In this document: positions 1-9,118 of the stretch, one piece after another
Position numbering within the stretch: position 1 is the first letter of the stretch
How the letters are laid out: each line of letters opens with the position of its first letter
Origin: Campylobacterota bacterium
GTDB lineage: Bacteria > Campylobacterota > Campylobacteria > Campylobacterales > Sulfurospirillaceae
Direction of reading: 5' to 3'
DNA: 44,296 nucleotides
NCBI GenBank assembly: GCA_009930355.1
Contig: RZYK01000001.1
Coordinates: forward strand, 1-44,296
Position numbers and translations under genes: made by a program
Notes under the pieces: model-generated
What the model saw: only the letters and a program-made list of their open reading frames with translations
Databases searched by the model: none
Told to the model about the DNA's origin: nothing

Positions 1-1
1 A

Positions 2-853
2 TGTAATCCTCAAGCGACGATGGTGATTAAATCAACCATTCCCGTAGGCTATACGAAAAGCTTGCGTGAGCGTTTTAATACCGATAACATCATCTTCTCT
101 CCTGAATTTTTGCGTGAGGGCAAAGCGTTGTATGACAATTTGCATCCGAGTCGTATTATTGTCGGTGAGAAGAGTGAGCGAGCTAAGGTATTTGCTTCCT
201 TACTTGAAGAGGGTGCGATTAAGAAGGATATTCCAAAGCTCTTCGCCGATAGCACGGAAGCCGAAGCCATTAAGCTTTTTGCCAATACCTACTTAGCGAT
301 GCGTGTGGCGTACTTTAATGAGTTGGATTCGTATGCTGCTATTCATGATTTAGATACCAAACAGATTATTGAAGGGGTTGGGTTAGATCCACGCATTGGG
401 CTTCATTATAATAACCCTAGCTTTGGCTATGGCGGATATTGTCTGCCTAAAGATACGAAACAACTTTTAGCCAATTATGCGAGTGTGCCTTCAAATCTCA
501 TTGAAGCGATTGTCAAGTCAAACTCAACCCGCAAAGATTTTATTGCAGACTCTGTACTGAGAAAAAATCCAAAACGTGTGGGTATTTATCGTTTGGTGAT
601 GAAAGAGGGCAGTGATAATTTTCGAAGCTCAGCCATTCAAGGCATTATGAAGCGCATTAAAGCGAAAGGCATTGAAGTGGTTGTGTATGAACCTAGCATT
701 AAAGAGGAGAGCTTTTACCACTCTTCTGTAGTAAAAAATTTGGATGATTTTAAATCATCGTGTGATGTGATTATTGCCAATCGTATGAGTTATGAACTTG
801 AAGATGTTCAAGAGAAGGTTTATACCCGTGATATATTTAATAGCGACAGTTAA
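2..853 (+). CDS. ugd: UDP-glucose 6-dehydrogenase, 5'-truncated by window edge
   Basis: Motifs [37 protein letters not shown] and C-terminal KVYTRD; frame is open back to base 2. Confidence 0.93.
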   Translation, partial: CNPQATMVIKSTIPVGYTKSLRERFNTDNIIFSPEFLREGKALYDNLHPSRIIVGEKSERAKVFASLLEEGAIKKDIPKLFADSTEAEAIKLFANTYLAMRVAYFNELDSYAAIHDLDTKQIIEGVGLDPRIGLHYNNPSFGYGGYCLPKDTKQLLANYASVPSNLIEAIVKSNSTRKDFIADSVLRKNPKRVGIYRLVMKEGSDNFRSSAIQGIMKRIKAKGIEVVVYEPSIKEESFYHSSVVKNLDDFKSSCDVIIANRMSYELEDVQEKVYTRDIFNSDS

Positions 854-894
854 GGAATGGTAGCGTTTGGCAAAAAATCAAAAACATTTAATCC

Positions 895-911
895 TATTCA
901 AAGTGTGAATA
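895..911. promoter_or_regulatory. Inverted repeat TATTCA-N5-TGAATA, candidate operator upstream of the MarR-type gene
   Basis: Perfect 6-5-6 dyad in the 100-bp gap; TGCTATAT extended -10-like element at 933-940. Confidence 0.4.
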
Positions 912-953
912 CAATACTATTAACACTTCAAATGCTATATCAAAGGTTATGAA

Positions 954-1289
954 TTGAATCACGATGAGATTACGTTAGAAATTTTAAAAAATACGGGTCG
1001 AGTCATTTCTCATAAAGTACTGGCGGAGGAAATTGGGTACAGTGTAGGAAAGATAAATTATGTTCTTAGAGGTCTTATCGAAAAAGGGCTTATTAAGGCA
1101 GAGAGATTTATTAATTCGGATAAAAAGTTACAATACAAATACCTACTGACTGAAAAAGGTATCAAAGAAAAGATTGATATCACTCAAAGATTTATAGAAA
1201 GAAAAAAAGCAGAATATGACAAACTACAAAAAGAAATGGAGTTGTATAAAGAGCAATATGAGTATGCTCAAAAGTGTGTGGCTCAATAA
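954..1289 (+). CDS. EPS-associated MarR-family winged-helix transcriptional regulator
   Basis: wHTH pattern [26 protein letters not shown]...[13 protein letters not shown], located in a polysaccharide locus; TTG start. Confidence 0.85.
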   Translation: MNHDEITLEILKNTGRVISHKVLAEEIGYSVGKINYVLRGLIEKGLIKAERFINSDKKLQYKYLLTEKGIKEKIDITQRFIERKKAEYDKLQKEMELYKEQYEYAQKCVAQ

Positions 1290-2314
1290 TGGCAATACTT
1301 ATAACAGGCGGGGCAGGTTATATAGGAAGCCATACCCTAATAGAACTAGCCAATGCAAATTATGACTTTGTAGTATATGACAACTTATCAAATTCATCAA
1401 AAGAATCACTTAAAAGAGTGGCTAATATTATCCATAAAGACGTAATTTTTATAGAAGGTGATGTAAGAGATACTCAAAAATTAAAAGAAGTATTTTTAAC
1501 TTACTCTATTGACTCTGTTATTCATTTTGCAGGGCTCAAGGCGGTGGGTGAAAGTGTTGCTAAGCCACTTCAATATTATGATAATAACGTAGTAGGAACT
1601 TTAAATCTTCTTGAGATGATGAAAGAGTTTGATTGTAAAAAAATAGTATTTAGCTCCTCAGCTACAGTATATGGTGATCCTATTACTACTCCAATCGTTG
1701 AACATTTTCCAGTGGGTACTACTACAAATCCATATGGAACTAGTAAATATATAATTGAAAGAATTTTAGAAGATTTATATATATCAGATAACTCTTTTCA
1801 AATAGTAATACTCAGATATTTTAATCCTGTAGGTGCACATGAAAGTGGTACTATAGGTGAAGATCCAAATGGTATGCCAAATAATCTTATGCCATTTATT
1901 TCGCAAGTTGCGGTAGGGAAAAGAGAATACTTATCTGTATTTGGAAGTGATTATGATACACATGATGGCACGGGAGTGAGAGATTATATCCATGTTGTGG
2001 ATTTAGCAAATGCTCATGTAAAGGCAATAGACTATTTAAATAAACAATTAGATAATATTAAACTACTAATTACGAACATAGGTACAGGCAAAGGCTATAG
2101 TGTTCTTGATGTAGTGAACGCCTTTGAAAAAGCGAGTGGCAAAGAAGTACCTTATAGACTATGTGGACGAAGAGTAGGGGATATCGCAAAGTGCTATGCA
2201 AATCCTGCTTATGCAAAAGAAATTCTTGGTTGGGAAGCAAAAAGAACATTAGAACAGATGTGTGAAGATAGTTGGAGATGGCAGTCAAATAATCCAAATG
2301 GGTATGGTTTTTAA
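1289..2314 (+). CDS. galE: UDP-glucose 4-epimerase
   Basis: [49 protein letters not shown]; ATG at 1289 overlaps upstream stop. Confidence 0.95.
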   Translation: MAILITGGAGYIGSHTLIELANANYDFVVYDNLSNSSKESLKRVANIIHKDVIFIEGDVRDTQKLKEVFLTYSIDSVIHFAGLKAVGESVAKPLQYYDNNVVGTLNLLEMMKEFDCKKIVFSSSATVYGDPITTPIVEHFPVGTTTNPYGTSKYIIERILEDLYISDNSFQIVILRYFNPVGAHESGTIGEDPNGMPNNLMPFISQVAVGKREYLSVFGSDYDTHDGTGVRDYIHVVDLANAHVKAIDYLNKQLDNIKLLITNIGTGKGYSVLDVVNAFEKASGKEVPYRLCGRRVGDIAKCYANPAYAKEILGWEAKRTLEQMCEDSWRWQSNNPNGYGF

Positions 2315-3375
2315 TGAAAATCTTAGTGACGGGAACGGCAGGATTTATAGGCTATCACTTAGCTAAAAAACTTCTAGAACGGGGTGATGAAGTCGTAGGA
2401 GTTGATAACATCAATGACTACTATGACGTCAATCTAAAATATGCAAGATTATCAGAATTAGGAATTCGTACAAATGAAGTAAAAGACAATAAATTGCTTG
2501 GTTCAACAACTTATCCGAAGCATCAATTTATTAAAGCCAATCTTGAAGATAGTGAAACTATAAATAAACTTTTTGTATCGGAGAAGTTCGATGCGGTATG
2601 TAACTTAGCCGCACAAGCAGGAGTGAGATACTCACTGGAAAATCCCCATGCCTATATCCAATCAAATGTAGTGGGATTTTTAAATATCTTAGAAGCGTGT
2701 AGACATTATGGTGTTAAAAATCTATGTTATGCTTCTAGTTCTTCTGTATATGGATTGAATAAATCACAACCTTTTAAAACAAGTGACCACACAGACCATC
2801 CTATAAGTCTCTACGCCGCTACTAAAAAATCAAACGAGATGATGGCACACACTTATGCTCATTTGTATAATATCTCGTGTACGGGATTGCGGTTTTTTAC
2901 TGTTTATGGGGAGATGGGACGACCCGATATGGCTCCTATGCTTTTTGCGGATGCTATATTTAACGACAGACCTATAAAAGTATTTAACCACGGAAATATG
3001 AGTAGAGACTTTACTTATATAGGTGATATCGTAGATGGTATTGTCAAAGTGATAGATAACCCAGCTAAACCATCAGATAAATTCGATGCAAACAATCCTG
3101 ATCCATCTATATCTAACGCACCATATAGAATCTATAATATTGGAAACAATTCTCCTGTACAACTACTCGATTTTATAAAAACGCTAGAAATTGCTATAGG
3201 AAAAGAAGCAGTAAAAAATTTCATGGATATGCAAGATGGTGATGTCGTTTCTACTTATGCAGATGTGCGTGATCTTATCAATGATTTTGGGTATAAGCCT
3301 GATACTTCACTTGAAGTGGGAATTGAGAGATTTGTGAAGTGGTATAGAGAATTTTATGGAGTAAAAAATGATTAA
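2314..3375 (+). CDS. NAD-dependent epimerase, UDP-glucuronate 4-epimerase type
   Basis: GTAGFIG, NLAAQAGVRYS, YAATKK, LRFFTVYG, GRPDMA motifs. Confidence 0.9.
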   Translation: MKILVTGTAGFIGYHLAKKLLERGDEVVGVDNINDYYDVNLKYARLSELGIRTNEVKDNKLLGSTTYPKHQFIKANLEDSETINKLFVSEKFDAVCNLAAQAGVRYSLENPHAYIQSNVVGFLNILEACRHYGVKNLCYASSSSVYGLNKSQPFKTSDHTDHPISLYAATKKSNEMMAHTYAHLYNISCTGLRFFTVYGEMGRPDMAPMLFADAIFNDRPIKVFNHGNMSRDFTYIGDIVDGIVKVIDNPAKPSDKFDANNPDPSISNAPYRIYNIGNNSPVQLLDFIKTLEIAIGKEAVKNFMDMQDGDVVSTYADVRDLINDFGYKPDTSLEVGIERFVKWYREFYGVKND

Positions 3376-4753
3376 TATCATCTTGTGTGGCGGAAGTGGA
3401 ACAAGGCTTTGGCCATTAAGTCGTACTCTTATGCCAAAACAATTTGTCAAGCTGTTCGATAACCAATCCCTTTTTCAATTAACCATAAAACGCAATAGTC
3501 AACTGTGTGATGAACAGTTTATTGTCTCCAACAGTGAACAATATTTTTTAGCGCTCGATCAACTTGAGGAGCTGAACAGCCTACATAATCATTATTTATT
3601 AGAGCCTATGGGGAGAAATACTGCTCCTGCGATTGCGTTAGCGTGTATGGCTTTAGATCCTAATGAAGTTGTACTGGTTACCCCCAGTGATCATCTCATT
3701 AAAGATCAAATAGCGTATGAAAATGCGGTGCATAGAGCGATTGTTCTTGCAGAAAAGGGCTTTTTGGTCACCTTTGGCATTCAACCAACTTTTGCTGAAA
3801 CAGGCTTTGGCTACATTGAAGCTAGAAGCGTAAATGGTGAATCGTTAGATGTAAATGGTTTGGATGTTATAAAGTTTCACGAGAAGCCAGATGTAAAAAC
3901 AGCGAGTGAATATCTTGCTATTAACCACTCATCACTCACCACTCGCCACTCTCAATTTCTTTGGAACAGTGGAATGTTTTGTTTTAAAGCAGGTACTTTT
4001 TTAGAAGAGCTTGAAATCTATTCACCAGAAATTTTTCTTACATGTAAAAAGGCTTATGAACATGCAAAATATGATGGGATGATTCGTATACATCATGAGG
4101 ATATGCTGGCAATTCCTGAAGATAGCATTGATTATGCAGTGATGGAAAAGAGTGAAAAAGTCAAAGTGATCCCTAGTGATATAGGGTGGAGTGATGTAGG
4201 AAGCTTTGATGCCCTCTCCAATGAACTGAGTAATGATGAAGCGAATAATTTTATTTTTTCCCATAAACACGTCAGTTTAATTGATGTACAGGACTTAATT
4301 GTTATTGATACGGAAGATGCGCTTTTAATTAGCCAAAAGGGAAGTTCTCAAAAAGTGAAAGAGATTGTAGGATGTCTTAAAAAAGAGAATATTGAACTTA
4401 CAAAAACTCATGCAACCGTGCATCGACCATGGGGAACATATAGTGTTTTAGAAGATAAACCAGGCTATAAAATTAAAAAAATTATAGTAAAACCTGGTAA
4501 AAGACTGAGTCTTCAAAAGCATTTTCATCGTAATGAACATTGGATAGTCGTCAGTGGTACAGCAACGGTGAGTGTAGAAGATAAAAGTTATATCGTGAGA
4601 GAAAATGAATCAACTTATATTAGAGCGGGTGAAATTCATCGACTTGAAAATCAAGGTAAAATTCCTATTGTACTCATTGAAGCGCAAGTGGGAAGTTACA
4701 CGGGTGAAGATGATATTGTTAGAATTGAAGATGACTTTAATCGTGAATCGTAA
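3368..4753 (+). CDS. manC: Mannose-1-phosphate guanylyltransferase / mannose-6-phosphate isomerase
   Basis: GGSGTRLWPLSR..PKQF, EPMGRNTAPA, WNSGMF, SIDYAVMEKS; C-terminal cupin RPWG...SLQKHFHRNEHW. Confidence 0.95.
   Translation: MINIILCGGSGTRLWPLSRTLMPKQFVKLFDNQSLFQLTIKRNSQLCDEQFIVSNSEQYFLALDQLEELNSLHNHYLLEPMGRNTAPAIALACMALDPNEVVLVTPSDHLIKDQIAYENAVHRAIVLAEKGFLVTFGIQPTFAETGFGYIEARSVNGESLDVNGLDVIKFHEKPDVKTASEYLAINHSSLTTRHSQFLWNSGMFCFKAGTFLEELEIYSPEIFLTCKKAYEHAKYDGMIRIHHEDMLAIPEDSIDYAVMEKSEKVKVIPSDIGWSDVGSFDALSNELSNDEANNFIFSHKHVSLIDVQDLIVIDTEDALLISQKGSSQKVKEIVGCLKKENIELTKTHATVHRPWGTYSVLEDKPGYKIKKIIVKPGKRLSLQKHFHRNEHWIVVSGTATVSVEDKSYIVRENESTYIRAGEIHRLENQGKIPIVLIEAQVGSYTGEDDIVRIEDDFNRES
3829..3954. 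repeat. Inverted pair of 7-nt-period arrays inside manC
   Basis: cgtaaat ggtgaat cgttaga tgtaaat (3829-3856) and attaacc actcatc actcacc actcgcc actctca (3920-3954). Confidence 0.8.
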
Positions 4754-4776
4754 AAAGTGAAGAGTGAGTTGTGGAA
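4742..4776. repeat. 7-nt-period array (nGTGAGT type) just upstream of the four-helix-bundle gene
   Basis: cgtgaat cgtaaaa agtgaag agtgagt tgtggaa, spanning the manC stop. Confidence 0.75.
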
Positions 4777-4782
4777 ATCTAA

Positions 4783-5142
4783 ATGAAAACACATCATGAC
4801 TTGGATGTTTGGAAGTTTTCTATTGAGCTTGTAGAAGATATTTATCAAGTATCAATGCACTTTCCAAAAGAAGAAATATATGGGTTAACTTCTCAATTGC
4901 GAAGAGCGGCAGTTTCTATTCCGAGCAATATAGCTGAGGGAGCAGCAAGGCAGTCAAATAAAGAATTTATACAGTTTTTGTATATTGCATTAGGATCTTT
5001 AAGTGAAGTAGAAACGCAAGTGTTTATAGCCTTAAAATTAGGTTTTATACAAAATATCGATAAAATCAATTCTAAAATAGTAGATATAAAGAAAATGTTA
5101 TTGGGTTTAATCAAATATATAAAAGGGAGACACATTGAATAA
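4783..5142 (+). CDS. Four-helix-bundle protein (23S rRNA intervening-sequence protein / Avd-like family)
   Basis: Family signature DLDVW...[51 protein letters not shown]; 119 aa. Confidence 0.92.
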   Translation: MKTHHDLDVWKFSIELVEDIYQVSMHFPKEEIYGLTSQLRRAAVSIPSNIAEGAARQSNKEFIQFLYIALGSLSEVETQVFIALKLGFIQNIDKINSKIVDIKKMLLGLIKYIKGRHIE

Positions 5143-6367
5143 CAAAAACAATACAATTCACCACTTACCACTCACCACTCACGACTCACAAAAAGTCGCT
5201 TTGATCACAGGCATAACAGGACAAGATGGAAGTTACTTAGCAGAATTTTTGCTCAAAAAAGGGTATATTGTTCATGGTCTTAAAAGAAGAAGTTCTTTAT
5301 TTAATACTGACAGAATTGACCATCTCTACCAAGACCCACATGTTGAAAATAGGAATCTTATTTTGCATCATGGTGATATGACCGATAGTATGAATCTCAC
5401 ACGCATTATTCAAGAGACACAGCCTGATGAGATTTATAACTTAGCAGCTATGAGTCATGTACATGTGAGCTTTGAAACACCAGAATATGTCGCTAATGCT
5501 GATGGTACGGGTACGCTTAGAATTCTTGAAGCAGTTCGTTTATTGGGCTTGGAAAAAAAGACAAAAATTTATCAAGCCAGTACGAGTGAACTGTACGGTA
5601 AAGTACAAGAAACCCCTCAAAAAGAGACCACACCGTTTTACCCACGAAGCCCTTATGCGGTTGCGAAGATGTATGCCTACTGGATCACGGTCAATTACCG
5701 AGAAGCCTATGGGATGTTTGCATGTAATGGGATTTTATTTAATCATGAAAGTCCTGTACGAGGTGAGACATTTGTAACTAGAAAAATTACAAGAGCAGCA
5801 AGTAAAATTGCTCTTGGACTTCAAGATAAACTATATCTTGGAAATCTTGATGCAAAAAGAGACTGGGGTCATGCAAAAGATTATGTAAGAATGATGTGGA
5901 TGATTTTACAAGCAGAGGAGCCAGAAGATTGGGTAATAGCAACTGGACAAACAACAACTGTAAGAGATTTTGTAAAATTAAGTTTTGAATACTGTGGAAT
6001 TTATTTGCGGTTTGAAGGTGTTGGAGTAGATGAAGTAGGGATAATTGATCGAATTGATGAAGAAGTATTCAAAGAGCGAGTAGCAAGTAGCAGGTTGCAA
6101 GTAGACAAAAAAGAACAACTCACTACTTACAACTTACCACTCACGATCAATCAAACGGTAGTTTGTGTAGATCCTAGATACTTTAGACCAACAGAGGTTG
6201 ATTTACTTTTAGGAGATCCTTCTAAAGCAGAGAAAAAGCTAGGATGGAATAGAGAATACAATCTTCAAGACCTTGTAAATGATATGATGAAATCAGATTT
6301 AAAACTTATGACAAAAGATGTTTACCTAAAAGATGGTGGATATAAAACTATGAGTTATTATGAGTAA
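5135..6367 (+). CDS. gmd: GDP-mannose 4,6-dehydratase with repeat-derived insertions
   Basis: [59 protein letters not shown]; TTG start after GGGAG. Confidence 0.95.
   Translation: MNNKNNTIHHLPLTTHDSQKVALITGITGQDGSYLAEFLLKKGYIVHGLKRRSSLFNTDRIDHLYQDPHVENRNLILHHGDMTDSMNLTRIIQETQPDEIYNLAAMSHVHVSFETPEYVANADGTGTLRILEAVRLLGLEKKTKIYQASTSELYGKVQETPQKETTPFYPRSPYAVAKMYAYWITVNYREAYGMFACNGILFNHESPVRGETFVTRKITRAASKIALGLQDKLYLGNLDAKRDWGHAKDYVRMMWMILQAEEPEDWVIATGQTTTVRDFVKLSFEYCGIYLRFEGVGVDEVGIIDRIDEEVFKERVASSRLQVDKKEQLTTYNLPLTINQTVVCVDPRYFRPTEVDLLLGDPSKAEKKLGWNREYNLQDLVNDMMKSDLKLMTKDVYLKDGGYKTMSYYE
5156..5190. repeat. 7-nt-period array (ACTCACn type) just downstream of the four-helix-bundle gene, encoded in the gmd N-terminus
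   Basis: attcacc acttacc actcacc actcacg actcaca. Confidence 0.85.
6075..6145. repeat. Inverted pair of 7-nt arrays inside gmd
   Basis: agcgagt agcaagt agcaggt tgcaagt (6075-6102), 15-nt spacer, actcact acttaca acttacc actcacg (6118-6145). Confidence 0.85.
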
Positions 6368-6375
6368 GATATAAA

Positions 6376-7581
6376 ATGAATAAAAATAGTAAAATATATG
6401 TAGCAGGACATAGAGGATTAGTTGGTTCTGCTATTATAAAAAATCTTGTTTCAAAAGGTTATACAAATATAATCACAAGAACTCATAAAGAGCTTGATTT
6501 AATAAATCAAAAAGCTGTTGAAGAGTTCTTTGAAAAAGAGAAACCTGAATATGTAATCTTAGCTGCTGCAAAAGTTGGTGGAATAGTTGCTAATAATACT
6601 TACCGTGCTGACTTTATCTATGAAAACCTACAAATTCAAAATAATGTAATTCATCAATCATATGTTCATAAAGTAAAAAAACTACTATTTTTAGGGAGTA
6701 CTTGTATCTACCCAAAAAATGCTCCTCAACCTATGAGTGAAGATTCTTTACTAATAAGTCCACTAGAGTATACAAATGAACCATATGCAATAGCAAAAAT
6801 AGCTGGGATAAAAATGTGTGAGAGTTATAATATACAATATGGTACAAACTTCATATCTGTAATGCCCACAAATCTATATGGACCAAATGATAACTTTGAT
6901 TTAGAAACTTCTCATGTATTACCAGCACTTATACGAAAGATTCATCTTGGTAAATGCTTAGAAGAAAACAATTGGGAAGCAATAAAAGAAGATTTAAACA
7001 AAAATCCAATAGAAGGTATAAACGGTTCAAATTCAGAAAATCAAATATTGGAAAAATTAAATAGTTACGGTATAGAGGTTGTAGTGAGTAGTGAGTTGCA
7101 AGTAGAAAAAGAAAATACTACAAACAACCGACTACCAACTACCCACAATAAGCAATCAAAGATTGCAATAGAAATATGGGGAAGTGGAAATCCTAGACGA
7201 GAATTTCTATATTCTGAAGATATGGCAGATGCTTGTGTATTTATAATGGAAAATAGAAACTTCCAAGATATCGTAAATCAGCAAGTAGAAAATTGCAAAA
7301 CAACACAAAAAGAACTACCCACTACCCACCACACACTACATACAGAAGTTCGTAACACGCACATAAATATCGGAACAGGCATAGACATAAGCATAAAAGA
7401 ACTTGCCGAACTTATCAAAAATATCATTGGATTTAAAGGGGAACTATATTTTAATACAGAAAAACCAGACGGTACTATGAAAAAACTCACAGATGTAAGC
7501 AAATTAAATTCACTTGGATGGAAGTACAAAATGGATTTAGAATCTGGAATAAAGGAGATGTACAAATGGTATCTTCAATAA
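6376..7581 (+). CDS. fcl: GDP-L-fucose synthase, long form with repeat-derived insertions
   Basis: [61 protein letters not shown]. Confidence 0.93.
   Translation: MNKNSKIYVAGHRGLVGSAIIKNLVSKGYTNIITRTHKELDLINQKAVEEFFEKEKPEYVILAAAKVGGIVANNTYRADFIYENLQIQNNVIHQSYVHKVKKLLFLGSTCIYPKNAPQPMSEDSLLISPLEYTNEPYAIAKIAGIKMCESYNIQYGTNFISVMPTNLYGPNDNFDLETSHVLPALIRKIHLGKCLEENNWEAIKEDLNKNPIEGINGSNSENQILEKLNSYGIEVVVSSELQVEKENTTNNRLPTTHNKQSKIAIEIWGSGNPRREFLYSEDMADACVFIMENRNFQDIVNQQVENCKTTQKELPTTHHTLHTEVRNTHINIGTGIDISIKELAELIKNIIGFKGELYFNTEKPDGTMKKLTDVSKLNSLGWKYKMDLESGIKEMYKWYLQ
7083..7151. repeat. Opposed pair of 7-nt arrays inside fcl (site 1)
   Basis: agtgagt agtgagt tgcaagt (7083-7103) and actacaa acaaccg actacca actaccc acaataa (7117-7151). 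Confidence 0.8.
7280..7341. repeat. Opposed pair of 7-nt arrays inside fcl (site 2)
   Basis: agcaagt agaaaat tgcaaaa (7280-7300) and actaccc actaccc accacac actacat (7314-7341). Confidence 0.7.
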
Positions 7582-7585
7582 CACT

Positions 7586-7613
7586 ACTTTCTACTCAGCA
7601 CTTACTACTTACT
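7586..7613. repeat. 7-nt array immediately after the fcl stop
   Basis: actttct actcagc acttact acttact. Confidence 0.75.
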
Positions 7614-7622
7614 AAAAAGGAT

Positions 7623-7694
7623 TGGAAACATAAAGTTGAATTGGAAGATGGGATTAGAACAATGTATGAGTGGTATTTAAAGGAAATAAAATAA
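7623..7694 (+). pseudogene. Orphan duplicate 3' end of a GDP-fucose synthase gene
   Basis: Translates WKHKVELEDGIRTMYEWYLKEIK*, aligning with the fcl C-terminus [20 protein letters not shown]. Confidence 0.8.
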
Positions 7695-7696
7695 AT

Positions 7697-9106
7697 ATGA
7701 CTCAATCATTATCAAATATTTTACAACTACTAAAAAATGGCGAGAATATATTTGTAGAATACAAAGAATCAAAAACAGAGCTAAATAAAGATGTATATCA
7801 AACCGTATGTGCATTTTCAAACAGAGCTGGTGGAGATATATTTCTAGGTGTAAAAGATGATGGTAGCATAGTTGGTGTTGATGATGAAAAAATAGAAAGT
7901 ATCAAAAAAGATTTTGTAACAACTATAAACAATTCCCAAAAGATAAATCCACCTTTATATTTAAATATAGAAACCATAGAGATTGAAAATAAAAAGATTT
8001 TACATATTCATGTACCAACTAGTAAATTAGTGCATACTTTAAATGGCAAAATTTATGATAGAAACAATGATAGTGATATAAATATCACAGGACAAAGTGA
8101 AAATATTGCGAAATTGTATTTACAAAAACAAGATATTCATACAGAAGATAAAATATTTCCATTTGCTACAATAGAAGATTTTGATTTGGAGCTTATCAAA
8201 AGAGTGAGAATAATTGCATCAAATAGAATAACAGTTTCTCACCCATGGGAAGATCTGAGTGATTTTGAACTTCTTAAAAGTTCTGGTCTTTATAAAGTTG
8301 ATAAAACTACAAATAAAGAGGGTTTTACTCTTGCTGCAATTTTACTTTTCGGAAAAGATGAAACTATAGTAAATGCTTTGCCTCATCATAAAACAGATTT
8401 AATCTTACGAAAAATCAATCTCGATAGATATGACGATAGAGAGATAGTATCAACAAATCTTATTGATAGCTATTATAAGATGATGGAATTTGTAAAAAAA
8501 CATTTAAATGACCCATTTTATCTTGAAGGAGATATGAGAATAAGCCTAAGAGATAAGATTTTTAGAGAAGCAGTAGCAAATAGCCTCATACATAGAGAGT
8601 ATAGTAGTGCATATGTAGCAAAAATGATTATAGAAAAAGATAAAGTAGTTTTTGAAAATGCAAATATACCTCATGCTTATGGTGAATTAAATCCTTCTAA
8701 TTTCACTCCATATCCAAAAAATCCAAATATTGCAAAAATATTTAGAGAGATAGGTTTTGCAGATGAGTTGGGAAGCGGAGTAAAAAATCTTTATAGGTAT
8801 TCAAAAGTATACGGTGGAAGTGACCCGTTGATAGTAGAAGGAGAAGTTTTTAAAATAGAAATTCAAACTACCCAAGAAACTACCCAAGAAACTACCCAAG
8901 AAATAAAAAAACTTTCAACAAAAGAGCGAGTCTTAGAAGAGTTGGAAAAAAACAGTAGTCTAACTCGAGATGATTTATCACAACTTGTAGGAGTTAGTGC
9001 AGAGGCAATAAAACAGCACCTTTCAAATCTAAAAAAAGAGGGTAAGTTGGAAAGAGTTGGAAGTACAAAATCAGGATATTGGAAGGTTTTAATAGATGAA
9101 AAATAA
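7697..9106 (+). CDS. AlbA_2 (Schlafen-like) domain + ATP-binding (RecG C-terminal/HATPase_c_4-like) + C-terminal HTH protein
   Basis: GENIFVEYKES...VCAFSN..GG.IFLGV.DDG; REAVANSLIHREY; NPNIAKIFREIGFADELGSGV; HTH ending ERVGSTKSGYW; ATG at 7697 preferred over GTG 7670. Confidence 0.85.
   Translation: MTQSLSNILQLLKNGENIFVEYKESKTELNKDVYQTVCAFSNRAGGDIFLGVKDDGSIVGVDDEKIESIKKDFVTTINNSQKINPPLYLNIETIEIENKKILHIHVPTSKLVHTLNGKIYDRNNDSDINITGQSENIAKLYLQKQDIHTEDKIFPFATIEDFDLELIKRVRIIASNRITVSHPWEDLSDFELLKSSGLYKVDKTTNKEGFTLAAILLFGKDETIVNALPHHKTDLILRKINLDRYDDREIVSTNLIDSYYKMMEFVKKHLNDPFYLEGDMRISLRDKIFREAVANSLIHREYSSAYVAKMIIEKDKVVFENANIPHAYGELNPSNFTPYPKNPNIAKIFREIGFADELGSGVKNLYRYSKVYGGSDPLIVEGEVFKIEIQTTQETTQETTQEIKKLSTKERVLEELEKNSSLTRDDLSQLVGVSAEAIKQHLSNLKKEGKLERVGSTKSGYWKVLIDEK
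8867..8902 (+). repeat. 12-bp tandem repeat x3 (actacccaagaa) encoding a TTQE linker
   Basis: Three perfect copies just before the HTH domain. Confidence 0.9.
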
Positions 9107-9118
9107 CTGGAGCCCTCT

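Noticed and set aside
859-866. GGTAGCGT resembling the ops/JUMPstart core before a polysaccharide operon
   Set aside because: Only a partial match to GGCGGTAGCGT and no RfaH/NusG paralogue in the window
4200-4300. ManC linker between the transferase and cupin domains looks somewhat short
   Set aside because: Cannot be confirmed without an alignment; frame is intact
4783-5142. Diversity-generating retroelement suggested by the Avd-like gene
   Set aside because: No reverse transcriptase and no template/variable repeat pair with adenine-specific differences seen in the window
8867-8902. actacccaagaa x3 as a member of the heptamer family
   Set aside because: Period is 12 and codon-aligned; reads as a low-complexity linker before the HTH, and the shared ACTACCC may be chance
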